From Fibrobacter succinogenes subsp. succinogenes S85 (GTDB taxonomy: Bacteria > Fibrobacterota > Fibrobacteria > Fibrobacterales > Fibrobacteraceae), in the NCBI RefSeq assembly GCF_000146505.1, contig NC_017448.1, positions 3,180,001 through 3,212,000 on the forward strand: a DNA stretch of 32,000 bases. The letters are read 5' to 3'. Made by a program: the position numbers and the translations under genes. The notes below the pieces were generated by a model, which was given only the letters and a program-made list of their open reading frames with translations, searched no databases and was not told where the DNA came from. Positions 1 through 8,757 of the stretch are shown one piece after another; positions within the stretch are counted from its first letter, which is position 1; each line of letters starts with the position of its first letter.

Positions 1-478
1 GCTTTTCCCACAGCGGCGCATCTTCACCGACCTTGCGGAACGTGAGCTGCACAGCGAGGTGAGCTTCTTGCGAGCTGCCTTCGTCAATTTCTTCAATTGC
101 ATCGACATTGCCGAGCAATTCAAAGTCCGGCTTGCCCATCGGCTTCAGGTCCACAGACTTGAACATGTTGCTCTTGATCAGGTATTCGCCTGCAACCTGC
201 GTGAGCATTTGTTCTGGGCGAGTTGCCCAGAGGTCCAGATCGTAGAACATAAAGTCGTACGGAGATTCACGATAGACAATGTTCGTGCGCTGGTAGGCCG
301 GGTCAATCGTAAATTTCTTGACGTGTATGCGGGCATCGCTAGTAGCACCTGCGACCGAGATGGACTCTGCCGAAACAGTGTAATAGCGGGAAGGTTCGGT
401 CGAACCGCCGAGGCAACCCGTGAGCGTGAAAACAGAAAGGAGTGCGGCGACTGCCAACAAACGATTTGCTTTAAACAT
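1..478 (-). CDS. ABC-transport auxiliary lipoprotein (PqiC/YmbA-like, DUF330-type); 3' end cut by window edge
   Basis: Hand translation of the minus strand from ATG (complement of 476-478): MFKANRLLAVAALLSVFTLTGCLGGSTEPSRYYTVSAESISV...DLDLWATRPEQML... It stays open to position 1. Lipobox LTGC. Starts 15 nt downstream of the MlaD-like gene. Absent from the ORF track, presumably because it runs off the window. Confidence 0.65.
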   Translation of the reverse strand, partial: MFKANRLLAVAALLSVFTLTGCLGGSTEPSRYYTVSAESISVAGATSDARIHVKKFTIDPAYQRTNIVYRESPYDFMFYDLDLWATRPEQMLTQVAGEYLIKSNMFKSVDLKPMGKPDFELLGNVDAIEEIDEGSSQEAHLAVQLTFRKVGEDAPLWEK

Positions 479-493
479 CTTGGTTTCTCCTTT

Positions 494-1417
494 TTAGCGA
501 CCGTTCTTGCCTTCGGAACGGATAAGTACAGACGGGTTGTTCTTGATTTTCTGTGAAAATTCTTCGAGGTTTTCAAGAATCGTGTTGAGTTCATCCATGG
601 CGTTTCCGACCTGGTCTTCGTTCTTGTAAACGATGGCGTCCACGCGCTGGGCGAGCTTGTTCATCGATTCGGCGGTCTGCATCAAGTTCTCGTTCAAGCC
701 CTTGGTGTCGATCGCTTCGAGCTTTTCCTTGAGCACTGTAAGATTTTGTTCGGTCTTGGCGGCGAGCTTTGCTTCTTCGATTTCTGCAAGAATCTTCTGC
801 AGCGAAGCGGCGGATTTGCTCATGTTGTTGAGCGGCTTTCCGAGATTGGCCGTTATGTAGCTCAAGTTTGCGGTCGTCTTTTCGAGATTCTGGAGTGTGC
901 GAGAAATGCTTTCGGCGTTTTCTGGATTCAGCACACGGACGAGCCCGTCTACAATCGGATTGACTTTGCCAAAGAGGTCGCCCATCTGGCCTGTAATCTG
1001 GTCGAACATCGAGGCCGCTGCCGGGACGAGACCTCCTTCAGGAACGTTCGGTTCATTGAAACTTCCGCCAGAGAGGATCACCTGCTTTTCGCCGGTGAGG
1101 TTCATGCCTGCGGTAAGTCCTGCACGAGTGCCAATCTTGATTGGTGTTCCTTGCGTTACCTTGAACGCAACGACGACCTGGTTCAAGTCCTGTTCGTTGA
1201 TTGTGATGCTTGTGACGCTACCGACGGAGATTCCGTTCAACTTCACCTTGGCATCGACAAAAAGTCCGTTCACGTCCGTGTCGAAAATGGTGTAGTAGTT
1301 GTCAAATTGCTCGCTCAGGTAACGCTTGAGCACGTAACCCAGGAACACGCAAATTAGCACTCCGCAAAAGAGCATAAATGCGCCAAGTTTTATTCTTTCG
1401 GATCGGGTGGTTTCCAT
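494..1417 (-). CDS. mlaD: MlaD/MCE-family substrate-binding component of a lipid ABC transporter
   Basis: N-terminal TM helix (LGAFMLFCGVLICVFLGYVL), then an MCE-type beta domain (VKLNGISVGSVTSITIN...VVVAFKV) and a long coiled-coil-like C-terminus. Operon position is directly after MlaE/MlaF-like genes. Confidence 0.85.
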   Translation of the reverse strand: METTRSERIKLGAFMLFCGVLICVFLGYVLKRYLSEQFDNYYTIFDTDVNGLFVDAKVKLNGISVGSVTSITINEQDLNQVVVAFKVTQGTPIKIGTRAGLTAGMNLTGEKQVILSGGSFNEPNVPEGGLVPAAASMFDQITGQMGDLFGKVNPIVDGLVRVLNPENAESISRTLQNLEKTTANLSYITANLGKPLNNMSKSAASLQKILAEIEEAKLAAKTEQNLTVLKEKLEAIDTKGLNENLMQTAESMNKLAQRVDAIVYKNEDQVGNAMDELNTILENLEEFSQKIKNNPSVLIRSEGKNGR

Positions 1418-1429
1418 TATTTCTCCAAC

Positions 1430-2212
1430 TCAATCAATAAAGTCAAAGTGGTAAAAGTCTTCGGCATTGTATTCTTTGGGGCACTGCCTATTGAAGAAAT
1501 GCCTGAGGATGGGATCGTCAGATTCCATGCCTTCTTTCAAAGTCGCATCTTTCAGGACGTAGCCGTCCTTGAGGTACACAAAGCGGTCGCAGACAATCTT
1601 GATGCTCTCGAGTTCGTGGCTCACAATCACCATCGATACACCGAGCGTGTCGCGCAGTTCGAGGAGCAGTTCGTCGAGCGAACGGGCGGTCACCGGGTCA
1701 AGGCCTGTGGACGGTTCATCGCAGAATAGAAGTTCTGGCTTGAGCGCAATCGCGCGAGCAAGAGCTGCACGCTTTTTCATACCGCCAGAAATCTCGCCGG
1801 GGAACTTGTGGAACGCGTGCAGTAGATGAACCTTTTCGAGGCGATCTGCGACAATTGCTTCCATCTGGCTCTTGGGCATGTAGGGCATGCTGCGCTTGAG
1901 CGGGAGCATCGCGTTTTCGGCGACGGTCAAGTCTGCTAGCAAAGCGCCACTCTGGAAGAGCACTCCGGTGCGCATGCGCGTTTCGCTGTCGAGGCCTTCC
2001 TTGGGGCCGAACGACTTTCCGAAGTACGTAATTGTACCTTCGTCGGACTTGATGAATTTGAGTACGTTGTTTAAAAGCGTCGACTTACCGCAACCGGAGC
2101 TGCCGAGCACCATGCGGATTTCGCCCTTCTTGACACCGAACGAAATATCCTTGAGGATAGTCTCGTTGCCGTAGCTCGCTTTCAAGTGGTCAACTTTTAG
2201 AATTTCGTCCAT
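1430..2212 (-). CDS. mlaF: ABC transporter ATP-binding protein (MlaF-like)
   Basis: Walker A GSSGCGKST, ABC signature ISGGMKKR, Walker B LLFCDEPSTGLD. I prefer the MDEILKV start at 2212, 8 nt after the upstream stop, over the track start at 2269, which would overlap mlaE. Confidence 0.9.
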   Translation of the reverse strand: MDEILKVDHLKASYGNETILKDISFGVKKGEIRMVLGSSGCGKSTLLNNVLKFIKSDEGTITYFGKSFGPKEGLDSETRMRTGVLFQSGALLADLTVAENAMLPLKRSMPYMPKSQMEAIVADRLEKVHLLHAFHKFPGEISGGMKKRAALARAIALKPELLFCDEPSTGLDPVTARSLDELLLELRDTLGVSMVIVSHELESIKIVCDRFVYLKDGYVLKDATLKEGMESDDPILRHFFNRQCPKEYNAEDFYHFDFID

Positions 2213-2220
2213 ATTGACCT

Positions 2221-3315
2221 CTAGTAGAAAATGAAGGCGAAAAGGGTATCCGAAATCACGATCGTGCAAATAGCCGCAACGACGCTGGACGTGGTCGCCT
2301 TACCGACCGCTTCTGCACCGCCGTGGGCGTTGAGACCCTTGTTGCAGGCAATCAGCGTTACAATCCAGCCAAATACAAGCGCCTTGATAGTGCTCTTGAG
2401 GAACGTCATCGGGTCGATGCCGTCGCGAAGCCCCATCATGTAGTTCGAGAAAGAAATATCGCAGAAGAAATACGCAATGAGGAACCCGGCGAAGCTGCCG
2501 ACGATGGATGCGCTAAACGAGAGGATTGGCGTCGTGATGCTTAACGCGATAAAACGCGGGACCACGAGGTACTGCACCGGCGGAATAGCCATGGACTTCA
2601 AAGCCTTGACTTCTTCGCAGACGCTCATGTTTGCAATTTCTGCTGCCATGGCGCTACCGGAACGCCCGGCCAAAATAATCGTTGTGAGGAGCGGGCCAAT
2701 TTCTGCAAAAATGAGGAACCCAAGCCCTGAAGCGAGGTAAGAGCCGCCGCCGACCGCATTCAGCATCACGGAACTCTGGAGAGCCATCGTAAGGCAGATA
2801 AGGCCCACGAACAAGAAGCAAATGCCCATGGCTTCACTGCCCGACTTGAACATCTGCTTGGTGATACCGCCAAAGTGGATTTTACCCTTGTCGAACGGTC
2901 CGACGATGGTCCAGTAAATCGCCGTAAAGAGCAAGACGAGGACTTCGAAGACTTCTTTGAGGAGCGAAAAACCGGCGCCACCCATCATTTCGAGGATGTT
3001 GTTGGTCTCGCGCTGCGGCTTCTCGGGCGGAACCATCTTGCGGAGGTTCTGCAAATGCTGCTTGATTTCGGGCGGAAAATGCTCAAGAACGAGCTTGTTG
3101 CCTGTCTTTTCGGAAAGTTCCGCTAAAAGTGCAAAAAAGGCATCGGCGCTATAGTCCATCGAGGCAAGGCTTGATCCGTCCAGATGAAGCTCCCCTTTGG
3201 TGAGGGCGCTCTTGCAACTCGAAAGCAGCTTTTTGCTGTTCGCGGCAGTGAGAGCGCTAGGCAAAACTATCGATGTCATTTCCATTGGGCGACAATTTAG
3301 AAAATTTTGGAACAT
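2221..3315 (-). CDS. mlaE: MlaE-family ABC permease with an N-terminal STAS (MlaB-like) domain
   Basis: C-terminal ~260 aa carry the MlaE-like motif GPLLTTIILAGRSGSAMAAEIANMSVCEEVKALKSMAIPPVQYLVVPR plus multiple TM helices. N-terminal ~100 aa resemble a STAS domain (GELHLDGSSLASMDYSADAFFALLAEL...KLVLEHFPPEIKQHL). Alternative start MEMTS at 3285. Confidence 0.85.
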   Translation of the reverse strand: MFQNFLNCRPMEMTSIVLPSALTAANSKKLLSSCKSALTKGELHLDGSSLASMDYSADAFFALLAELSEKTGNKLVLEHFPPEIKQHLQNLRKMVPPEKPQRETNNILEMMGGAGFSLLKEVFEVLVLLFTAIYWTIVGPFDKGKIHFGGITKQMFKSGSEAMGICFLFVGLICLTMALQSSVMLNAVGGGSYLASGLGFLIFAEIGPLLTTIILAGRSGSAMAAEIANMSVCEEVKALKSMAIPPVQYLVVPRFIALSITTPILSFSASIVGSFAGFLIAYFFCDISFSNYMMGLRDGIDPMTFLKSTIKALVFGWIVTLIACNKGLNAHGGAEAVGKATTSSVVAAICTIVISDTLFAFIFY

Positions 3316-3416
3316 GGCTGTGCTAAATTACCCCGTTTTTCTTTTCCGAATGCCGAAATTTGGGCGAAAAATGCAAAAAGCGGGGATGAAAGGTTTAATT
3401 TAACTATATATGTTGT

Positions 3417-3989
3417 ATGCTAAAAGAAAAAATGATGGAAAATGAGAAGGCGAATAAGCCCGGCTCTTTTCGAAAAAAGTTTGAATATGTAACTCAGGTT
3501 TGCGTAATCTTATTTACGGGGGTGTGCCTATTTTTGTTGTTCATATGTTGGCCTAAGCAGTCGCCTTCTCAAGAGCCGACTCCCATATTGTCGAAAAATA
3601 CTGATGGCAAATCGGTTCCCTGCGAAGTAGAAGGAAAGAAAATTTTCCACTATCTAAAAGGCAATGAAACTGAACGTTTGTATGAATTTCATTATCATTT
3701 GGCGAGTGTAAAAGATGAAGTCGGCCTCCTGTACGAAGATGAAAAAGGGCTACATCCGTTAGTGACTATTACGACTCCCTTTCTAGAATTTCCTTGGTTT
3801 AAATTTTTCATATTAGAAAAACAGAATGAATACGTTGTTTTCTATTATAGTGAAAGTGGCAAAGTTACACATGATATGAAAATAGAAGAGCAACCTTTTT
3901 CGAAAAAGGTTACTGTTAAAGGTTTGATTGTTTCCCCGATAAATAAAAAGTATTTGGAACGTGCAAATTGTTTTATGGGGGATTACTAA
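3417..3989 (+). CDS. hypothetical membrane-anchored protein (single N-terminal TM helix, no recognisable domain)
   Basis: 190-aa ORF in an AT-rich stretch. TM helix VCVILFTGVCLFLLFICW. The next ORF starts 3 nt after its stop. Confidence 0.55.
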   Translation: MLKEKMMENEKANKPGSFRKKFEYVTQVCVILFTGVCLFLLFICWPKQSPSQEPTPILSKNTDGKSVPCEVEGKKIFHYLKGNETERLYEFHYHLASVKDEVGLLYEDEKGLHPLVTITTPFLEFPWFKFFILEKQNEYVVFYYSESGKVTHDMKIEEQPFSKKVTVKGLIVSPINKKYLERANCFMGDY

Positions 3990-3991
3990 TT

Positions 3992-5383
3992 ATGCAGTCT
4001 AAAGTTGTTCCTTTGTTGTGCGCTTTATCCTTGTGCTTTGGGGCATTTGTTGAATCTCAGCTCATTTCGTTGGACCTCTCTTTGAACAATTATGGTTTAA
4101 AGTTGATAGTGAGCTGTGTTACTTTGCCTCTTATTTGCCTAGCTGCGATTTCGCTTTTCTTGGATTCGATAAATGTTCGCGTTCGTTTTTTAGCAAAAGG
4201 CCTGTGGCTATTTCTTGTTTGGATTATTGCTGCTGTGAATTTAATTGGGCTTTTTGTGCCGTCTGGAAATGGGCAAAGTCAAAAGCAGACCTCAATTGCA
4301 AATGCCGATTCGACAACGAGTCAACTGGTCGGCTGTTGGGATAACGACATGGATGTGCTCCTTGAAATATATGAGAGTCAATGGGCTCGTGATTCTGGAA
4401 AAACGTTATCTGATAGAGAAGACTTTTATAGTAGTCTTTCCCGATATGACTCAAATTGCCTTTTAGATTCACTTTTGAAGATAGATGATTATCTTGGGTT
4501 TGTTGATGTTCAGTTATTATTTCAAACACCAGACAGTATTTTGAATTATCCTAAGGAAAAAGTAAAAAAAGATAGAGTATTAAATCTTTCTAAAGAAGCG
4601 GTTGAAAATGTGAAAAAGTCGCCCGATTCCTGTGCACGTGAATTGTGGATGCTTGCGCTGAGTGAACGCGGAATTTTAGAATACGAGTTCAAAAATGAGT
4701 GCCGTATAAAAAAGTTTGAATCCGTAAAGCCAACAGCGGAACAACTGAATTCATATTGGATCTTTGAACATGACTTCGGTCCGAGCGCCGAATTTGATAC
4801 GACTAATAGCTTTGTTTTGAAAAAAAGACAACTGAGGAAATTTTCTAAAGTAGAAGGAAATTGCACAGGTCGAATTGCTGGTTCAAATGATAAAGGCGTA
4901 GTTGTTGAACTTACGATTAAATTGAATGATGAAAATCGCGAATGTTGGCTTGGGAATAAAACGTTCCCTTATTACATATCATCTAATGAAAAACTTCATT
5001 TTAAAATGACGCCTCCTTCAAGGAGTATTGCGCCTGTTACGGGAAAATTCATTAGGTATGATCGGGCGCATGAACAAGTAAAACCGTTGCTTGCGAGCGA
5101 TTCTATTTTCTTGCCATGGAAAGGCCTCAAAAGAGATTCCTCGTCAGAGGATGCAGAAAGAGAACGAACTTTCTATCGCGAGTTGGGCAATCGTTATCCT
5201 CATGTTGTTTCTTTTGACCCTTTTACGGAAATTTCAAAAGGACAATCGATGATAATTGATATTCCGTGCCTTGATGAAAAGAACGCTAAAACGTATGGAT
5301 CCAATTTTTATGTCGTCCAGCCTCTATTCCCCATTCTCCGTTGCGAAATAGCCCCTGCGGATAAAGATTATTTTGGGGAATGA
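3992..5383 (+). CDS. hypothetical integral membrane protein (about 3 N-terminal TM helices plus ~360-aa soluble domain of unknown family)
   Basis: ORF 3968-5383. I prefer the ATG at 3992 (MQSKVVPLLCALSLCFG...), just past the upstream stop at 3987-3989. Hydrophobic helices LIVSCVTLPLICLAAISLFL and GLWLFLVWIIAAVNLIGLFV. AT-rich composition like its upstream neighbour. Confidence 0.55.
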   Translation: MQSKVVPLLCALSLCFGAFVESQLISLDLSLNNYGLKLIVSCVTLPLICLAAISLFLDSINVRVRFLAKGLWLFLVWIIAAVNLIGLFVPSGNGQSQKQTSIANADSTTSQLVGCWDNDMDVLLEIYESQWARDSGKTLSDREDFYSSLSRYDSNCLLDSLLKIDDYLGFVDVQLLFQTPDSILNYPKEKVKKDRVLNLSKEAVENVKKSPDSCARELWMLALSERGILEYEFKNECRIKKFESVKPTAEQLNSYWIFEHDFGPSAEFDTTNSFVLKKRQLRKFSKVEGNCTGRIAGSNDKGVVVELTIKLNDENRECWLGNKTFPYYISSNEKLHFKMTPPSRSIAPVTGKFIRYDRAHEQVKPLLASDSIFLPWKGLKRDSSSEDAERERTFYRELGNRYPHVVSFDPFTEISKGQSMIIDIPCLDEKNAKTYGSNFYVVQPLFPILRCEIAPADKDYFGE

Positions 5384-5405
5384 TAAAATTTCTATTTTTA
5401 CATTC

Positions 5406-6806
5406 ATGGCAGATTTCCGCAGAAATAACCGCTTTAAGGGCAATGGTAGCTCGTTTAAAGGCACGCGCTTGAACCACAATAACGACCGTCGTGACGGTCG
5501 TCGCGAACTTGGCCGTCAGCAAGGTGGCGAATGCTTTACGCTCCGCATCGAAAAAATGGTGCAGGGGGGCGAGGGCATGGCTCGCTTGGAAGATGGTCGC
5601 GTGTGTTTTGTGGCGGGAGCGCTGCCGGGTGAACTTTGCAAGGTTCGCTTGACGTTCCAGAAAAAGGATTTTACCAAGGGCCGCGTTGTTGAAGTTTTGG
5701 AAGCAAGCCCCGATCGCGTAAAGCCGCTTTGCCCGCTGTACGGCAAGTGTGGCGGTTGCAGCTTGCAACATCTTGCCTCTGAAAAGCAAGCGGAATATCT
5801 CGAAAAAGTCGAACGCGAAAATTTCAAGCGCCTCGCTCATGCGGAACTGCCTGAAGATTTTGTTATCCACACAGGGAATGCGTGGGGCTACAGAAACCGC
5901 GCTCGTGTCGTGTTTCGCGGCAATTCCGGTTATGGTGCTGCAAAACGAGCGGCCTTTGGTTTCCGTGGTGAAGAAAGCAATAACATCGTCCCGTTTGAAA
6001 AATGCCCTGTGCTCACGGATGGCTTGAATGAATTCTTGCGTGGGCCTGCCGCGACGCTTCTCGCGGATAATTGCCATTCGGGCGGTCGCCGCGATGTCGA
6101 TGTGAACATTTTCGATAACGGTGCTGGCGAAATCTCGTTCTATTACCCGGGAATGCACAAGTCCGACTTTGACGCACATGCCATAAGCCATGTCGAAATT
6201 GCAGGCCGCAAAATCGAAGCGGATGCTTCTGTATTTTTCCAGAGCAACTTGGGGCTTTTGCCGGAACTTGTCGAATCCGTCCGTAAGGCTGTGGATGAAG
6301 GCTTGGCGAGTGGCAAGTCTTCTGACGCTTGGCTGATTGACTTGTTCAGCGGCGTTGGTTTCTTTGCCTGTATTTTGCAGGACAAGTTCAGAAAGATTAC
6401 GACTGTCGAACGTGAAGAAGGCTGCCTTAAACATGCGAAAGTTAATTTGTCTGTCCCTGCGGCGTTCCCCGAAGATTCTGCGGCATCTCGGGATTGCGTG
6501 GCTTCTCGCACCTCGGAAATTGAAAACGTCTCGGCCCCTGCCGAAGATTGGCTCGTCGAAAACGTCGTTGATGTCCCCGCCACCCTCATCGTTGACCCTC
6601 CGCGAACAGGCCTCCCCAAAGAAGCTTTGACTGCCATCGTGAAAAGCTCTGTCAACCGCCTGATTTACGTTTCTTGCGACCCGGTGACGCTTGCACGCGA
6701 CTTTGCCAAGTTCTCCGAGGCCGGATTTGCCCTTTCTCACGCCGAAGGCTTTGCTTTTTACCCTCAAACGCCCCATCTTGAGATGATGTTTGTACTTGAC
6801 AGATAG
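5406..6806 (+). CDS. rlmD: 23S rRNA (uracil-C5)-methyltransferase, RlmD/RumA family (TRAM + 4Fe-4S + SAM MTase)
   Basis: Cys cluster CPLYGKCGGCSLQH, SAM motif DLFSGVGFF, IVDPPRTG, YVSCDPVTLARD. Start MADFRRNN at 5406 is preferred over the track start at 5373, which overlaps the upstream stop. Confidence 0.85.
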   Translation: MADFRRNNRFKGNGSSFKGTRLNHNNDRRDGRRELGRQQGGECFTLRIEKMVQGGEGMARLEDGRVCFVAGALPGELCKVRLTFQKKDFTKGRVVEVLEASPDRVKPLCPLYGKCGGCSLQHLASEKQAEYLEKVERENFKRLAHAELPEDFVIHTGNAWGYRNRARVVFRGNSGYGAAKRAAFGFRGEESNNIVPFEKCPVLTDGLNEFLRGPAATLLADNCHSGGRRDVDVNIFDNGAGEISFYYPGMHKSDFDAHAISHVEIAGRKIEADASVFFQSNLGLLPELVESVRKAVDEGLASGKSSDAWLIDLFSGVGFFACILQDKFRKITTVEREEGCLKHAKVNLSVPAAFPEDSAASRDCVASRTSEIENVSAPAEDWLVENVVDVPATLIVDPPRTGLPKEALTAIVKSSVNRLIYVSCDPVTLARDFAKFSEAGFALSHAEGFAFYPQTPHLEMMFVLDR

Positions 6807-6855
6807 TTTTTTGCTATTTTGGAAAGTGCTGTTGGGCAAAAAAGAGAGGGATACA

Positions 6856-7299
6856 ATGAACAAAAAACAGAAAGTCGTTATGCTTGCAACTTTAGCCTTG
6901 GGTGGGCTTTTTGCAGGTTGCTCAAAATCTGAACCCATTATCGCCTGTGGCCGTGAATGGAATCCGGCTGTGGGTTATGTAGCCGATACGGGTAGCGTAT
7001 TCAGGATGGCTGATGAACTCATCATCCAGTTGCGTTATGGAACGGGTTTTGATTTTAATACTTTGAAATTTGCCTTTTACGAAGGAACGCTCGCTAGTAA
7101 GGGCGAAAAACTTTGGGAACACGATTTCCATGTTTCTAATAAAATGGAAGCATTTACGCTTGAAGCCCGCTCGCGTCGCGGTGGCTATGCAACCGCCCGT
7201 GAAATGACGAAGCTCAAGGCGCCGGGAACTGTTGTTGTCGAAGTCTCCTCCGAAAAGGGTGTGATTGCTTCGAAACAGTTGTCTATTGTCAATCAATAA
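6856..7299 (+). CDS. small lipoprotein, unknown function
   Basis: MNKKQKVVMLATLALGGLFAGCSKSEP has a signal peptide and lipobox FAGC. The purine-rich stretch agagaggg lies upstream of the ATG at 6856. The track start at 6790 is probably too long. Confidence 0.7.
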   Translation: MNKKQKVVMLATLALGGLFAGCSKSEPIIACGREWNPAVGYVADTGSVFRMADELIIQLRYGTGFDFNTLKFAFYEGTLASKGEKLWEHDFHVSNKMEAFTLEARSRRGGYATAREMTKLKAPGTVVVEVSSEKGVIASKQLSIVNQ

Positions 7300-7311
7300 T
7301 TGGTTATCTTG

Positions 7312-8241
7312 ATGAATAAAATAAAATTCTTGAGTGGAATGTTTGCTGCTGCAATGCTCACCGCTTGTGGCGAATCTGAAGTATCTGTTGACTATAAATT
7401 AAACGCTCCTGTTACGCTTGAAATGTACACCGAAAGCTATTATGCGACGTTGGACTTGAAGGGCGAAGAAAAGATGGGGACGATTACAGCGACGTATGCC
7501 GATTTGAACTACTCTTCAAAAGGCGATACGACGTTTGTCAAGCGCAATTACGTGATTGACAAGTCTCGCGGATACCTCAAGAATTTTATGCCGACGGAAC
7601 TCGCCTGGCGCATCAAGGAAGTGAGCCTTGCCGCCGTGGACCGCAATGTGACGAGCCTTACCGGCATTGATGATGGCTATGACACGTTGCTTGCCCATGT
7701 CCCGATGCCGAGCCGCTGGCGCGAACAGCTTTTGAATCCTGAATTCAAGCCGCATCTCAAGCGCTTGGAAAAGCACCGCTGGGAAATGGACCACTTGCTC
7801 AAGGGCGTTGTGCCGGTCAAGGGCAATGTGACAGAGCTCCTCAAACAGCAGGGGCGCTTGAACTTTGCGCTTATCAAGGTGGACTCCGTGGTGACGAAGG
7901 GCTTTACGAATCGCGACCACCGCAAGTGTTTGGACTACGTCGTCTACTTGCAAGAAACGGAAAGCTTCCCGTATTTCATCTGGGAACAGCACGTGGGCAG
8001 CAAGATTGTGCCGGACAAGTTTAAGGCTTACACCGCAGGCCTCAAGGGCGAATACCGCACCGAGTTCGAAGTCATGATTGAACCGGAAACGGGTCTCCCG
8101 TGCCAGGAACGTGAAGTCAAGGTCGGAACGCACACGATGATCCACCCCGAAACAAAGGATACTGTCACGTTCACGAGCCACATCTCGTACGAAAGACTTT
8201 ACAATACCAAGCGTGACATCCCCGACGCCGCCGAGCAATAA
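7312..8241 (+). CDS. lipoprotein, unknown function
   Basis: MNKIKFLSGMFAAAMLTACGESEV has lipobox LTAC. The ATG at 7312 lies 13 nt after the upstream stop. The track start at 7300 is a TTG. Confidence 0.7.
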   Translation: MNKIKFLSGMFAAAMLTACGESEVSVDYKLNAPVTLEMYTESYYATLDLKGEEKMGTITATYADLNYSSKGDTTFVKRNYVIDKSRGYLKNFMPTELAWRIKEVSLAAVDRNVTSLTGIDDGYDTLLAHVPMPSRWREQLLNPEFKPHLKRLEKHRWEMDHLLKGVVPVKGNVTELLKQQGRLNFALIKVDSVVTKGFTNRDHRKCLDYVVYLQETESFPYFIWEQHVGSKIVPDKFKAYTAGLKGEYRTEFEVMIEPETGLPCQEREVKVGTHTMIHPETKDTVTFTSHISYERLYNTKRDIPDAAEQ

Positions 8242-8278
8242 CTAAGTTCTGCCAACTAATTTTTGTACTTTGAAAAGC

Positions 8279-8719
8279 ATGCGAATTTTACCATTCTTCC
8301 TTCTCCCTGTCGCGATGAACTTCATCGGTTGCGCGACGCATGTTTCGTCGCAGCAGACCATGACTGATGACCGTAATCTCGTTTACGAGGACACGTACAA
8401 GGCGTACCGCGAGGCCGAAGAAAAGTATTTGAACTTGCTGTTCAATATTGAACGCATGCCCGAGGAAGAAGAACTTTGGGTGATGAAGCGCGAACGCATG
8501 CTTGAACTCATGCAACTCAAGGAGCTTATGCTGAACGCCCGCTTGGAACTTGATGGCGCTATCCAGGAATGGGAACGCCACTTGCTGGATGTTCAGGCCG
8601 AGGTGAAATCTCGTGACATCAAGAAACTCAATCCGAATTTCAAAGGCCGCGATGCGGAGCGCACCAGCCCCGGACAACTCCTCCCCGGCGAATCCAAAAA
8701 TCCAAGCTTCAACTACTAA
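8279..8719 (+). CDS. small putative lipoprotein with a coiled-coil-like, charged C-terminal part
   Basis: MRILPFFLLPVAMNFIGCATH has a lipobox-like FIGC. The rest is rich in E/K/L heptad-like sequence. Followed by a strong terminator. Confidence 0.6.
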   Translation: MRILPFFLLPVAMNFIGCATHVSSQQTMTDDRNLVYEDTYKAYREAEEKYLNLLFNIERMPEEEELWVMKRERMLELMQLKELMLNARLELDGAIQEWERHLLDVQAEVKSRDIKKLNPNFKGRDAERTSPGQLLPGESKNPSFNY

Positions 8720-8730
8720 ACATTAAACAA

Positions 8731-8757
8731 AAAAGCGGCCTTCGCCGCTTTTTTTAT
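8731..8757. terminator. bidirectional intrinsic terminator shared by convergent genes
   Basis: aaaagcggc-cttc-gccgctttt followed by more T. An A-tract upstream and a T-tract downstream make it usable on both strands. It lies between the stop at 8719 (+) and the stop at 8754 (-). Confidence 0.8.

Noticed and set aside
59-594. ORFs 59-556 (+) and 178-594 (-) from the track
   Set aside because: Both overlap a better minus-strand reading frame (1-478) that has a lipoprotein signal and PqiC-like sequence. Neither has a recognisable motif.
2213-2269. Longer N-termini suggested by the ORF track (2269 for mlaF, 6790, 7300, 8270, 17263, 23030, 22936, 3968, 5373)
   Set aside because: The extensions overlap upstream genes, or they precede obvious signal peptides and conserved N-termini. 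Some also use non-ATG codons when an ATG with better context follows.
3331-3388. Long-range pairing ccccgttttt ... aaaaagcgggg in the mlaE / orphan-gene divergent region
   Set aside because: The pairing is imperfect (one bulged G) and A/T-dominated, with a ~35-nt loop. That is not distinguishable from chance in an AT-rich promoter region.
3330-5400. Genomic island or mobile element call for the AT-rich segments (also 22930-23700)
   Set aside because: No integrase, transposase, tRNA target, terminal inverted repeats or direct-repeat scars are visible. Only the compositional deviation is observable, so I report these as findings, not as mobile_element features.
5286-6938. 550-aa ORF on the minus strand, the longest ORF in this area, opposite rlmD
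   Set aside because: It is the codon-aligned antisense frame of a gene with clear RlmD motifs. Its own translation is Arg/Ala/Phe-rich with no motifs. The same applies to 12683-14197 (+), 17395-18231 (-), 18237-19139 (-), 23839-24762 (+), 28273-29064 (+), 29282-30106 (+), 30905-31834 (-) and 7516-8238 (-). For 5286-6938, 12683-14197, 17395-18231 and 30905-31834 I checked that the frames are codon-aligned with the real gene. These long shadow ORFs are explained by the rarity of TTA, CTA and TCA sense codons, not by overlapping genes.
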